Source: Oscillospiraceae bacterium (lineage in GTDB: Bacteria > Bacillota > Clostridia > UBA1381 > UBA9506). From it: a stretch of 64,000 nt of DNA. The translations under genes were made by a program, and so were the position numbers. Shown piece after piece: positions 53,311-63,067 of the stretch. Below the pieces are notes generated by a model. The model was not told the origin of the DNA. It made no database searches and saw only the letters and a list, made by a program, of their open reading frames with translations. Each line of letters starts with the position of its first letter. Position 1 is the stretch's first letter. Location of the stretch: contig SVJT01000001.1 of assembly GCA_015068865.1 (NCBI GenBank), forward strand, positions 6,040 through 70,039. Reading direction: 5' to 3'.

Positions 53311-55115
53311 TATTCGTCCAGCTTCAAAACGGACATAAACGCCTCCTGCGGCACCTCTACGCTGCCCACCTGGCGCATCCGCTTTTTACCTTCCTTCTGT
53401 TTTTCCAGCAGTTTTTTCTTACGGGTAATATCACCGCCATAGCACTTAGCAAGCACGTCTTTACGCATGGCTTTAACTGTTTCTCTGGCAATGATTTTGT
53501 TGCCTATAGCCGCCTGAATGGGAATTTCAAACAGCTGACGGGGAATGGATGCCTTTAATTTTTCTGCAATCTTTCGACCACGGGCATAAGACTTGGTGTT
53601 ATGCACAATGAAAGAAAGAGCATCTACCATATCACCGTTTAACAGAATGTCAAGCTTCACCAGATCAGACTGGGTGTAGCCTGCCAGTTCATAGTCAAAG
53701 CTGGCATAACCGCGGGTGCGGGATTTTAAAGCATCAAAAAAGTCATAAATAATTTCATTTAACGGTAAATCGTAATGGAGCTGAGCGCGGTCGGTATCAA
53801 TATAGGTCATATTGTGGTAAATACCGCGACGGTCCTGACACAGTTCCATCACACTGCCCACAAACTCTGTAGGCGTCATAATATCTGCCTTTACCATAGG
53901 CTCTTCCATATACAGAATTTCGCTGGGGTTGGGCAGATTGGTGGGATTGGAAATCCACAGCTCCTCCCCGTTGGTTTTCTTAACCTTATACACAACACTG
54001 GGGGCGGTGGTGACCAAATCTAAATTATATTCACGCTCTAAGCGCTCCTGAATAATTTCCATGTGAAGCAGCCCCAAAAAGCCGCAGCGGAAACCGAAGC
54101 CCAACGCTACCGAAGTCTCCGGCTCAAAGGCTAAAGAGGCATCGTTTAACTGGAGCTTTGAGAGTGCATCACGCAAATCGTCATACCTTGCACCGTCTGC
54201 CGGATAAATACCACAGAACACCATGGGGTTAACCTGTTTGTAACCGGCTAATGGTTTTTCCACCGGACGTTCCTTTAAGGTAATGGTATCGCCCACACGG
54301 GTATCGGATACATTTTTAATGGAAGCGGTTAAATAGCCCACTTCGCCGGCGGAAAGAGAATCGCACTTTAAAAAGCCGTTGGGATGCAAGTACCCCACTT
54401 CCACAACTTCAAATTCCTTTCCTGTTGCCATCAAGCGAATGGTATCGCCGGTTTTCAAGGTGCCGTCTACCACACGGAAGTAAATAATAACGCCCTTATA
54501 AGGGTCATAAAAACTATCAAAAATCAAGGCAGAAAGAGGTGCCGAGGCATCACCCTTGGGCGGCGGAATAACCTCTACAATCTGCTCTAGCACTTCTTCA
54601 ATGCCAATGCCGTTTTTAGCAGAAATCTTAGGTGCATCCTCCGCCGGAATGCCGATAATATTTTCTATTTCATTAATGACCACCTCAGGCTGTGCCGCCG
54701 GCAGGTCAATTTTGTTGATAACAGGCATAATCTCTAAGTCGTGGTCTAAGGCTAAATACGTATTAGCCAAAGTCTGCGCCTCAATGCCCTGAGCCGCATC
54801 CACAACTAAAATAGCTCCCTCGCAAGCCGCTAAGCTACGAGATACTTCATAGTTAAAGTCCACGTGACCCGGTGTATCAATTAAATTCAAAACATAGTCT
54901 TCACCGTTTTGCGCGCGGTATAACAGACGGACTGCGCGGGCTTTAATGGTAATGCCCCGCTCACGCTCCAAATCCATATTATCCAGCACCTGGGCTTCCA
55001 TTTCCCGCTCGGTTAAAAGACCGGTCTTTTCTAAAAGACGGTCTGCCAGAGTGGATTTGCCGTGGTCAATATGGGCAATAATCGAAAAATTTCTGATATG
55101 GTCTTGATTAATCAT
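53310..55115 (-). CDS. lepA: Translation elongation factor 4 (LepA)
   Basis: [23 protein letters not shown]1 motif, [13 protein letters not shown], and a characteristic LepA C-terminal domain. 601 aa. Confidence 0.97.
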   Translation of the reverse strand: MINQDHIRNFSIIAHIDHGKSTLADRLLEKTGLLTEREMEAQVLDNMDLERERGITIKARAVRLLYRAQNGEDYVLNLIDTPGHVDFNYEVSRSLAACEGAILVVDAAQGIEAQTLANTYLALDHDLEIMPVINKIDLPAAQPEVVINEIENIIGIPAEDAPKISAKNGIGIEEVLEQIVEVIPPPKGDASAPLSALIFDSFYDPYKGVIIYFRVVDGTLKTGDTIRLMATGKEFEVVEVGYLHPNGFLKCDSLSAGEVGYLTASIKNVSDTRVGDTITLKERPVEKPLAGYKQVNPMVFCGIYPADGARYDDLRDALSKLQLNDASLAFEPETSVALGFGFRCGFLGLLHMEIIQERLEREYNLDLVTTAPSVVYKVKKTNGEELWISNPTNLPNPSEILYMEEPMVKADIMTPTEFVGSVMELCQDRRGIYHNMTYIDTDRAQLHYDLPLNEIIYDFFDALKSRTRGYASFDYELAGYTQSDLVKLDILLNGDMVDALSFIVHNTKSYARGRKIAEKLKASIPRQLFEIPIQAAIGNKIIARETVKAMRKDVLAKCYGGDITRKKKLLEKQKEGKKRMRQVGSVEVPQEAFMSVLKLDE

Positions 55116-55132
55116 AGGTTCCTCCTATGGGT

Positions 55133-55933
55133 TTATAGTGCCTTAATCATTTCACTGATTAAGAGTTTAAAATTTTCTATCGCAGTTTTGCTAAAGTCTA
55201 AATGCTCAATTTTTTTGCACAATCCGGCAGCCATATTCACACAGAAGGAAATGCCGAACACATCCATGCCGCTATGGGCGGCGGTAATTACCTCCGGCAC
55301 GGTGGACATGCCCACCGCATCGGCACCCAAAATGCCAAGCATTCTGATTTCTGCCGGGGTTTCATAGCAAGGACCGGGCATATAGGCATACACGCCTTGT
55401 TGTAAGTCGATGCCCTTTTCATCTGCTATTTTCTGCGCCAAACCCTGCAGAGCCGGGGTATAGGCTGTGGACATATCATTAAACCGGGGACCGAAGGCAT
55501 CTATATTCTGCCCTCGTAATGGGGTATCATTAAAAAACTTAATGTGGTCGGTCATCATCATTAAATCGCCCACACGGTAGCTTTCGTTAATGGCACCTGC
55601 CGCATTGGAAACAAAAAGAGTTTTAATGCCCAACAACTTTAAAACACGAATGGGGAAGCCGATTTCCTGCATGGAATAGCCTTCATAATAATGAAAGCGA
55701 CCCTGCATAACGAGAACATATTTTTCGCCAATAGTTCCTGCCACCAGCTGCCCCTTATGGTAAGGGGCAGTGCTGACGGGGAAATGAGGAATATCGCCAT
55801 AAGGGATGGTTACCGCATCTTGCATCAAATCGGCAAAGTCGCCTAAGCCGGTGCCCAAAATCAGAGCAATGGCAGGCTGCGCTGTCAGCCTTGCTTTGAT
55901 ATAAGCAACCGATTGGTTGAGCCGCTCCATCAT
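55133..55933 (-). CDS. punA: Purine nucleoside phosphorylase (trimeric PNP/MTAP family)
   Basis: GRFHYYEGY, GPRFNDMSTAY and VGMSTVPE motifs. 266 aa. Confidence 0.9.
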   Translation of the reverse strand: MMERLNQSVAYIKARLTAQPAIALILGTGLGDFADLMQDAVTIPYGDIPHFPVSTAPYHKGQLVAGTIGEKYVLVMQGRFHYYEGYSMQEIGFPIRVLKLLGIKTLFVSNAAGAINESYRVGDLMMMTDHIKFFNDTPLRGQNIDAFGPRFNDMSTAYTPALQGLAQKIADEKGIDLQQGVYAYMPGPCYETPAEIRMLGILGADAVGMSTVPEVITAAHSGMDVFGISFCVNMAAGLCKKIEHLDFSKTAIENFKLLISEMIKAL

Positions 55934-55957
55934 GGAAAAAATTCCTCCTAACGTTTA

Positions 55958-58900
55958 TTAACCGAAATATTTCACGCCGGACAGGAAGATTTTTTGATCC
56001 TGTTCGCCATAAATATTTTTAGCAATTTCATTGCCGCGACGCTCAGAATGCGCCATTTTACCCAAAATACGACCGTCGGGACTGGTGATACCCTCAATGG
56101 CACAAACAGAACCGTTGGGGTTAAAGGCTGTTTCATAGGTAGGATTACCGGAAAGGTCAACATACTGAGTAGCAATCTGACCGTTAGCCGAAAGTTTTTC
56201 AACCCACTCTTTGCTTGCCACAAAGCGACCTTCACCGTGAGAAACGGGTACCGCGTGAATATCGCCAACATTTGCCTCACTGAGCCAGGGAGACAGGCAA
56301 GATGCCACGCGAGTGTAAACCATTTGAGAAACGTGACGACCAATAGCATTATAGGTCAGGGTAGGGGAATCACCCTCTAAGTCACAAATCTTGCCATAAG
56401 GCACAAGACCCAGTTTGATAAGAGCCTGGAAGCCGTTACAGATACCCAGCATTAAACCGTCGCGCTGTTCTAACAGCTCGGTTACTGCATCACGGATGGC
56501 AGGGTTTCTGAACACCGTTGCAATAAACTTACCGGAGCCTTCCGGTTCGTCACCGGCAGAGAAACCGCCGGGCAGCATAATAATCTGGCTGTTTTTGATT
56601 CGTTTCACAAATTCAGAAACTGAATCGGTAATATCAGCCGGAGTCAGATTCTTCAGAACGAAAATATCACTCTCAGCACCGGCATTGTTAAATGCCTTGG
56701 CAGAATCATATTCACAGTTTGTCCCGGGGAATACGGGAATAAACACACGGGGGCGGGCAATCTTTGATTTTGCCACAATGGGGCAACTTGCTTTGCCGTT
56801 AAATACAGGAATTTCGCCATTGCCGGCAAAAGCCTTGGTGGGGAAAATGCCTTCTAAAGGCGCACGCCAGATGGTGAGCATTTCATCAATCGCAAGGCTT
56901 GTTTCACCAATGGAAATGGTGGCATCGGCACAGGTTTCACCGATTTTCTTGCCAAAGGGCACTTCACAATCTGCCGCTGTTTCAATTAAAATTGCGCCAA
57001 GATTGGGCACAAACAAGGTATCTTTCACACATTCGCACAGCTTTGCGCCGATTTTGTTACCAAATGCCATTTTGGAAACAGCTGCCGCAATGCCGCCTTC
57101 TTTAATTGTGTAAGCTGCACGGACGAGACCTTTCTGAATCAGGTCATACAGAGCATCGTATTTTGCCTTTACATCGTCGAAATTGGGCAGACCGTCTGCC
57201 AAACGCTGGGGCGCAATGAGCCACAGAGCGCTGTTTGTTTCTTTAAACGCACCAGACACAACGGTTTTGGCTGAAGTGGGCACCACAGCAAAGGAAACCA
57301 AGGTGGGCGGTACATCCAAATCGTTAAAGGAGCCGGACATAGAGTCCTTACCGCCGATGGCACCAATGCCTAAAGCGGTCTGGGCACGATACGCGCCTAA
57401 GAGCGCTGCAAAGGGCAGACCCCAACGAGCCGGGTCCTCATGGAGACGGGGGAAATATTCCTGGAAGGTGAGATACACTTCCTTGCGGTCACCACCGGCA
57501 GCCACGATTTTAGCCAAGGATTCAATGACGGCATAAACAGCACCATCAAAGGGGCTTTCTTTAGCTAAGCGAGGCTGATAACCGAAGGACATTAAGGTTG
57601 CCGTATCGGTCTGACCGGGGGTGGGCACTTTCGCCGCCATGCAATCTTCCGGCGTTAACTGATATTTGCCGCCAAAAGGCATGAGCACCGTACCGGCACC
57701 AATGGAAGCATCAAACCGTTCGCAAAGACCTTTCTGTGAGCAAACGTTTAAGCTGGAAAGCGTATCGAGCCAGGTCTTTTTCAGGTCAGCCACCGGCTGC
57801 GCTTTAAAGTATGCCGGTGTTTCCGGTGCGGAAAGCGCCACATTGGTGTGCTTCGTAGCACCGTTGGTATTTAAAAATTCACGGGAAATATCGCAAATCA
57901 GCTTGCCGCGCCACTGCATTTTCAGGCGAGGTTCTTCTGTTACCACCGCAACGCGGGTTGCTTCTAAGTTTTCTTCACGGGCAAGGTCGAAGAAACGCTG
58001 TTCATTTTCAGGGGCAATGACAACTGCCATACGTTCCTGGGATTCGCTGATGGCAAGCTCTGTGCCGTCTAAGCCCTCATACTTCTTAGGTACCTTGTCT
58101 AAGTCAATAAAGAGACCGTCTGCCAGTTCGCCAACAGCAACGGATACACCACCGGCGCCAAAGTCGTTACAACGCTTGATAAGCTGAGCCGCTTCTTCCT
58201 TACGGAACAGGCGCTGGAGCTTTCTTTCCACAGGGGCATTACCCTTCTGCACTTCAGCACCGCAGGACTCTAAGGAATGGTCATCGTGTGCTTTGGAAGA
58301 ACCAGTAGCACCACCACAGCCGTCACGACCGGTGCGGCCGCCTAAGAGAATGATGATATCCCCGGCAGCGGGACGTTCACGAACAACATTTTTCTTGGGG
58401 GCAGCAGCAATAACAGCACCGATTTCCATACGTTTTGCCACATAGCCCTCATCATAAATTTCAGTTACCTGACCGGTGGCAAGACCAATCTGGTTGCCGT
58501 AAGAACTATAACCGGCAGCAGCACCGGTGGTAATTTTTCTCTGCATGAGTTTCCCCGGCAGGGTTTCAGAAAGAGTCTTTCTCGGGTCACCGGAGCCGGT
58601 GACACGCATCGCCTGGTACACATAAGAACGGCCGGACAGGGGATCACGAATGGCACCACCTAAGCAGGTTGCCGCACCACCAAAGGGTTCAATTTCTGTG
58701 GGGTGGTTATGGGTTTCGTTTTTAAACATAATGAGCCAGGGCTCTTTTTTACCGTCGATATCCACCATCACTTCAATGCTGCAGGCATTGATTTCTTCTG
58801 ACTGGTCAAGCTTGGTGAGGTATCCATCTTTTTTCAGCTTTTTAACGGCAATGGTGGCTAAATCCATTAAGCACAGTGTCTTATTTTTGCCAACATAGAG

Positions 58901-59683
58901 CTCTTTTCTTGCCGCCTGATAATCAGACAGTGCCGCCTTCACACGTTCAGGCGCCTTGCTGTCATCAATATTTTCAATTTCTGTTGCAAAGGTGGTGTGA
59001 CGGCAATGGTCAGACCAATAGGTATCAATCATTCTAAGCTCTGTTAAAGAGGGGTCACGTTTTTCGGTGTTTTTAAAATAATCACGGCAGAAACGCAGGT
59101 CCTCATCATCCATGGCAAAACCATAGGTTTTTAAAAGGCCGGATAAAGCTTCTTCATCCATAGTGATAAAACCTGTTACAGTTGCCACATCAGCGGGCAC
59201 TTCTGCCACCTGATCCAGAGTTTCCGGTTTTTCATCAGAAACCTCGTGGGCTTCCACCGGGTTAATATAATATTTTTTAACAGCGGCTAATGTTTCAGCA
59301 GAAACATTACCTTCCAGCACAATCACACGGGCATTTAATACCGTAGGGCGTTCCTGCTGGGTTAAGAGCTGAACACACTCTGCGGCAGAATCGGCACGCT
59401 GGTCATACTGACCGGGGAGGTATGCCACGTTAAAATATACCGCTTTCTCCGGCAGCGGACAAACCTCATCATAGACCACATCCACCGGCGGTTCGCTGAA
59501 AATGGTGGTGCGGGCAGCGGCAAATGCTTCATCGGAAACGCCCTGTACATCATAGCGCTGGATAATCCGCACACCGGTAAGCTCCGTTAAGTTCAAATTC
59601 TCTTTTAAATCGTGAAAAAGGTGATTTGCTTCAACATCGAAGCCTTTTTTCTTTTCTACATAAATTCTTCTGACTCTGTTCAT
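55958..59683 (-). CDS. purL: Phosphoribosylformylglycinamidine (FGAM) synthase, single-chain large form
   Basis: 1241 aa. THNHPTEIEPFGGAATCLGGAIRD, the AIR-synthase-like duplication, and a C-terminal glutaminase domain with GICNGFQAL (catalytic Cys) and SHGEGRF. Confidence 0.95.
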   Translation of the reverse strand: MNRVRRIYVEKKKGFDVEANHLFHDLKENLNLTELTGVRIIQRYDVQGVSDEAFAAARTTIFSEPPVDVVYDEVCPLPEKAVYFNVAYLPGQYDQRADSAAECVQLLTQQERPTVLNARVIVLEGNVSAETLAAVKKYYINPVEAHEVSDEKPETLDQVAEVPADVATVTGFITMDEEALSGLLKTYGFAMDDEDLRFCRDYFKNTEKRDPSLTELRMIDTYWSDHCRHTTFATEIENIDDSKAPERVKAALSDYQAARKELYVGKNKTLCLMDLATIAVKKLKKDGYLTKLDQSEEINACSIEVMVDIDGKKEPWLIMFKNETHNHPTEIEPFGGAATCLGGAIRDPLSGRSYVYQAMRVTGSGDPRKTLSETLPGKLMQRKITTGAAAGYSSYGNQIGLATGQVTEIYDEGYVAKRMEIGAVIAAAPKKNVVRERPAAGDIIILLGGRTGRDGCGGATGSSKAHDDHSLESCGAEVQKGNAPVERKLQRLFRKEEAAQLIKRCNDFGAGGVSVAVGELADGLFIDLDKVPKKYEGLDGTELAISESQERMAVVIAPENEQRFFDLAREENLEATRVAVVTEEPRLKMQWRGKLICDISREFLNTNGATKHTNVALSAPETPAYFKAQPVADLKKTWLDTLSSLNVCSQKGLCERFDASIGAGTVLMPFGGKYQLTPEDCMAAKVPTPGQTDTATLMSFGYQPRLAKESPFDGAVYAVIESLAKIVAAGGDRKEVYLTFQEYFPRLHEDPARWGLPFAALLGAYRAQTALGIGAIGGKDSMSGSFNDLDVPPTLVSFAVVPTSAKTVVSGAFKETNSALWLIAPQRLADGLPNFDDVKAKYDALYDLIQKGLVRAAYTIKEGGIAAAVSKMAFGNKIGAKLCECVKDTLFVPNLGAILIETAADCEVPFGKKIGETCADATISIGETSLAIDEMLTIWRAPLEGIFPTKAFAGNGEIPVFNGKASCPIVAKSKIARPRVFIPVFPGTNCEYDSAKAFNNAGAESDIFVLKNLTPADITDSVSEFVKRIKNSQIIMLPGGFSAGDEPEGSGKFIATVFRNPAIRDAVTELLEQRDGLMLGICNGFQALIKLGLVPYGKICDLEGDSPTLTYNAIGRHVSQMVYTRVASCLSPWLSEANVGDIHAVPVSHGEGRFVASKEWVEKLSANGQIATQYVDLSGNPTYETAFNPNGSVCAIEGITSPDGRILGKMAHSERRGNEIAKNIYGEQDQKIFLSGVKYFG

Positions 59684-59703
59684 AATTTGCTCCCCTCGGT
59701 TTT

Positions 59704-60300
59704 CTAAAATTCGTTAAACGCAGTTAAAACTGCATAAGCATTTTCATCAATCCGCAAGCGACAGATTTTTCCGTTATCCACCGAAAAATGCCAGGCACCC
59801 TCGATACCCATTCCCAACAGATAGGCTATCATATTGCGAATGCAGCCTAAATGGCTCACCACAACAATTTTTCCCTCTGTGTGACGGCGAACAACTTCCT
59901 CAAGAAAACGGACATTGCGGTCATAGGCTTCCCGTGCACTTTCGCCCTGCGGAATCACATACCCCGGCAAATCTGCTTGCCAAGCCATATATTCAGGCTC
60001 GTATTTAGCACGGATTTCTTCCACAGGCAAGTTCTCCCAGATACCAAAATGGCGTTCTTCCAAATCCAGCATTGTTTCCGCCATCATATGATGGGGTTTT
60101 GCGATGATTTCAGCTGTTTCCACCGCACGCTTTAACGGGCTGGTGTAAATCGCGGTGGGTTTCTCCAACGAAAGCAACCGCGAAAGGGTAGATGCTTGCC
60201 TTTTGCCTCGTTCCGTTAATAATAAATCTGTTGTGCCCAAGGCCGTGGGGCGAAAATTTCCGGCTGTTTCACCGTGCCGGACTAAAATCAATTCCAGCAT
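59704..60300 (-). CDS. Histidine phosphatase (phosphoglycerate mutase-like) family protein
   Basis: LILVRHGET catalytic motif and a downstream VVSHLG. 198 aa. Confidence 0.85.
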   Translation of the reverse strand: MLELILVRHGETAGNFRPTALGTTDLLLTERGKRQASTLSRLLSLEKPTAIYTSPLKRAVETAEIIAKPHHMMAETMLDLEERHFGIWENLPVEEIRAKYEPEYMAWQADLPGYVIPQGESAREAYDRNVRFLEEVVRRHTEGKIVVVSHLGCIRNMIAYLLGMGIEGAWHFSVDNGKICRLRIDENAYAVLTAFNEF

Positions 60301-60330
60301 AAAAACGCCTCCTTGCAGACATATATTTTA

Positions 60331-60359
60331 ATTTTATCATATTTTAGCAATTTTCGCAA
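60331..60359 (-). promoter_or_regulatory. Sigma-A-type promoter heading the phosphatase-purL-punA-lepA-hemW-cls-...-rluA gene string
   Basis: Minus strand reads TTGCGA (60359-60354), a 17-nt spacer, then TAAAAT (60336-60331). The 5' UTR is short (~25 nt). Confidence 0.6.
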
Positions 60360-60371
60360 GATATATATAAG

Positions 60372-60412
60372 AAAAAAGGAGATGTAAAAAAATTTTTTAC
60401 ATCTCCTTTTTT
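60372..60412. terminator. Bidirectional-looking intrinsic terminator after the EamA transporter gene
   Basis: aaaaaaggagatgtaaaaaa-a-ttttttacatctcctttttt, a near-perfect long palindrome flanked by A and T runs. Confidence 0.75.
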
Positions 60413-60426
60413 GCATCCCCTTTAAA

Positions 60427-61329
60427 TCAATCAATCAAATCGCCACTATCCATTCCGTGAGCATCACTACGGCTAAGCAATAAAACCGAACCCAAAATCA
60501 ATATAATGCCGCAAACAGAATAAAACGAAAGCTTTTCACCATACAAAACAACGCTGAAAACCGTTGCTGCCATGGGCTCTAAAATCCCCAGCGCAGAGGC
60601 CGTTCCAGCCGGCAAGTCCTTTAGCGCAAGGGTATACAGAAAATAAGGCAAAAGACAAACACAAACACCCAAGCCAACAAAAAGCAGAATAATGACCCCG
60701 GGGTTTTGAGCTGTTAATGTAACCAGCGAAGGCAAATCTGCCGCACCAAGCGCTACAATCGACATAAAAATGAAACAATACATAGAAGCCGAAATCGGAT
60801 TGCTTCTGTTACGCATTTGTATTTTGGTAAAAATGTTATAGGCACTATAAAAAATACCGGAAGCAAGACCTGTTACGATACCTAATGTATTGATTTTTGT
60901 TCCGCCCAAAACGCCGGAGACAAAACAGCAACCTACGAGCATACCGATTAAGGCAGCAAGCTTCATTTTCGTTAACCGTTCTTTAAAAAACAAAACCGAA
61001 TAGATCATAACAAAAATGGGCGCTGTGTACATCAGCATAACCGCCATAGAAACAGAAGAAGCCTGCATGGAAATGTAATAACAGCTGGCCGTACCAAACA
61101 TACTAAGACCGCTGCAGGCAAACAAAATGATTTCTTTTAAGCTTGCTTTAAACAGCTTTCGATTTGCGAATACGGAATATGCCGACATCCCCAGAGCTGC
61201 CACCAAACCGCGCATTGAAACCATTTGCACCGACGTAAACCCAAAGGGTGCAAGCGCGTTAACAAAAATGCAGGAGCTGCCCCAAAAAACACAGGCAATC
61301 ACGATATATAACAACGATTTCCTTTTCAT
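60427..61329 (-). CDS. EamA/DMT-family transporter
   Basis: 300 aa, ten predicted TM helices, duplicated EamA-like halves. Confidence 0.8.
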   Translation of the reverse strand: MKRKSLLYIVIACVFWGSSCIFVNALAPFGFTSVQMVSMRGLVAALGMSAYSVFANRKLFKASLKEIILFACSGLSMFGTASCYYISMQASSVSMAVMLMYTAPIFVMIYSVLFFKERLTKMKLAALIGMLVGCCFVSGVLGGTKINTLGIVTGLASGIFYSAYNIFTKIQMRNRSNPISASMYCFIFMSIVALGAADLPSLVTLTAQNPGVIILLFVGLGVCVCLLPYFLYTLALKDLPAGTASALGILEPMAATVFSVVLYGEKLSFYSVCGIILILGSVLLLSRSDAHGMDSGDLID

Positions 61330-61341
61330 ACTTTTTCCTTC

Positions 61342-62649
61342 TTAGCGATAAAAATTACGACGCGCTTCGTTTCTGCGACGTTCCCGCTCCTTGCGTTCTT
61401 TTTTTGCTTCTGCATATCGTCGCAACAGCAAAAATGCTACAATAATGGCGAGAGGCGTAATAACCCACGCATTAAAAATCCAGCTCCAGAGAGTGGAAAA
61501 AACCATTTTTGCTGTGCTTTTTTCCACATCCTTTTGCGCGATTAAATCAACATTGCCCACTTCTTCCCCATCATAAAAATAAACAAGTCGGCCCAAAACA
61601 TCTCCCTTTTTCACAGGAGCTTCGAGGTATTCTTCCACAAAAACTTCTTTTGTCAGTTTTTCTTGGTCATATTGCTTCGGCAACAGCACTTCCATCGGTT
61701 CTTTAGCAGATAAAACCACCTGTCCGTCACCTTTTGCCCATTTTGCCTCTCGAACTGAAACAATTTCATTAATATCCGAAATGGTTTTCAGCGAAAAATC
61801 GTTAAAGCCGTGGTTAAACAGGGCTATCGTATCTAAAAACGAATAATTTCCGTCATATTCCACAGGAGCGTTTAATACCACACTAAAAAGCCCTACCCCG
61901 TCCCGCTGGGCATAAGACACCAGGCAGGCACCGGCATCGCTGGTGTGACCGGTTTTTATGCCGGCTGCTCCATCATAAACATACCGATGGTTTCTGTAGG
62001 GATTTACCATACTGTTGCTGTTCGACAACACTCTGGTTTCTTTATATTTGTTGGTCGGCGGAATTTCATACAACGCCGTGGACACAATTTGCCGTATCAA
62101 ATCGTGCTCCATAACTTGAGTTGACAATTTTGCCAAATCTCTTGCGGTGGTATAATGATTTTCATTATGGTAACCGTGAGCATTCATAAAATGGGTGCCT
62201 GTCATCCCCAGCTCTGCCGCACGGGCATTCATTTTTTCTACAAACGACGGAATGTCACCGGCAACAGCCTCAGCCAAAACATTGGCAGCATCATTGGCAG
62301 AAGCCACCAAAAGAGCATATAAATATTGCTCCACGGTCATTTCTTCACCGCTTAAAATACCGATATTACTTCCGTCACGTTCAATATCAATAGCCGTTTC
62401 ACTGGCCGTAAGTACTGCTTGCATATCCAGATTTTCCACAGCTAAAAGCGCCGTCATAATTTTCGTTGTGCTGGCCGGATACATCTTTGCGTCAGCATTT
62501 TTTTCATAAAAAACTCTGCCGCTTCCTTCATGCAACAAAATTGCCGAAGTTGCCCGAATCTCCGGACCGTTTTCCCCTTCAGCAAACACATTGCAAAAGG
62601 ACATTATGATCAAGCAGAAACACAATACTACACAACTAATTTTTCGCAC
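61342..62649 (-). CDS. Serine-type D-alanyl-D-alanine carboxypeptidase (S11, PBP5-like) with a C-terminal TM anchor
   Basis: SxxK (ASTTKIMT), SxN (SANDAA) and KTG (IKTGHT) motifs. GTG start at 62649 with SD GGGAGGAA. Confidence 0.9.
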   Translation of the reverse strand: MRKISCVVLCFCLIIMSFCNVFAEGENGPEIRATSAILLHEGSGRVFYEKNADAKMYPASTTKIMTALLAVENLDMQAVLTASETAIDIERDGSNIGILSGEEMTVEQYLYALLVASANDAANVLAEAVAGDIPSFVEKMNARAAELGMTGTHFMNAHGYHNENHYTTARDLAKLSTQVMEHDLIRQIVSTALYEIPPTNKYKETRVLSNSNSMVNPYRNHRYVYDGAAGIKTGHTSDAGACLVSYAQRDGVGLFSVVLNAPVEYDGNYSFLDTIALFNHGFNDFSLKTISDINEIVSVREAKWAKGDGQVVLSAKEPMEVLLPKQYDQEKLTKEVFVEEYLEAPVKKGDVLGRLVYFYDGEEVGNVDLIAQKDVEKSTAKMVFSTLWSWIFNAWVITPLAIIVAFLLLRRYAEAKKERKERERRRNEARRNFYR

Positions 62650-62704
62650 CGTTTTTCCTCCCGGTTTATCAAAATTTATTTATCAGCAATATTCATAATA
62701 TTAA

Positions 62705-62733
62705 ATTATATCATTCCATGTATTTTCTGTCAA
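62705..62733 (-). promoter_or_regulatory. Consensus sigma-A promoter of the DD-carboxypeptidase gene
   Basis: Minus strand reads TTGACA (62733-62728), a 17-nt spacer, then TATAAT (62710-62705). Confidence 0.7.
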
Positions 62734-62848
62734 CAAAAAGCCTGTTGGCTTTTGTCGAAACCCCTCTAAAAGGACACTTTTTTATGATAATTCCATATAC
62801 TGTTTGTTAAAATTAAACAAAACTTTTTTAAATGATTTGTCAATTTCG

Positions 62849-62929
62849 TTAAATGAGTATATTGAAAAATTTGTCGAAACGTGGTAATATAATAATACAC
62901 AAACAACACAACAACCAAACTTTTTTCAT
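62849..62929 (-). CDS. Candidate 26-aa hydrophobic peptide MKKVWLLCCLCIIILPRFDKFFNILI
   Basis: An internal ATG of the 76-aa track ORF is preceded by a near-consensus SD (AAAGGAGGGAAA-ATG). The peptide has a hydrophobic helix followed by a charged tail. No convincing promoter was found on its own strand. Confidence 0.3.
   Translation of the reverse strand: MKKVWLLCCLCIIILPRFDKFFNILI
62862..62890 (+). promoter_or_regulatory. Plus-strand promoter antisense to the small ORF
   Basis: TTGAAA (62862-62867), a 17-nt spacer ending in TGg (extended -10), then TAATAT (62885-62890). Confidence 0.5.
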
Positions 62930-62996
62930 TTTCCCTCCTTTAGTAATAAAGGAAACCTTACTAGAAAAGCGGGCTGCGAGAGCAGTCCGTTTTTTC
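62897..62996 (+). ncRNA. Candidate ~100-nt cis-antisense small RNA (or a terminated leader)
   Basis: Bounded by the promoter at 62862..62890 and the terminator at 62970..62996. It has a CA-rich 5' end and a UCCCUCC anti-SD stretch, and is complementary to the SD, start codon and first ~11 codons of the 26-aa ORF. It has no credible ORF of its own. Confidence 0.3.
62970..62996 (+). terminator. Strand-specific intrinsic terminator (plus strand)
   Basis: cgggctgc-GAGA-gcagtccg: an 8-bp stem with one G-U pair and a GNRA loop, followed by T6. On the minus strand the G-U becomes a C/A mismatch, so the plus orientation is favoured. Confidence 0.65.
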
Positions 62997-63001
62997 TTTA
63001 T

Positions 63002-63030
63002 TTGACTTGTCTTTAAATTACTGATATAAT
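63002..63030 (+). promoter_or_regulatory. Sigma-A promoter of the plus-strand membrane protein gene
   Basis: TTGACT (63002-63007), a 17-nt spacer, then TATAAT (63025-63030), 37 nt upstream of ATG 63068. Confidence 0.7.
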
Positions 63031-63067
63031 GAATGTATACATTTTTCAGAAAGGCAGGTGCCACAGG

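Noticed and set aside
53308-53312. lepA/hemW TAATG overlap as something unusual
   Set aside because: lepA-hemW (hemN-like) adjacency and coupling is a widely conserved Firmicutes arrangement and is ordinary.
59684-60360. Purine riboswitch, PurBox or T-box leader upstream of purL
   Set aside because: purL follows the histidine-phosphatase gene by 20 nt. The operon leader after the 60331..60359 promoter is only about 25 nt, too short for any known riboswitch.
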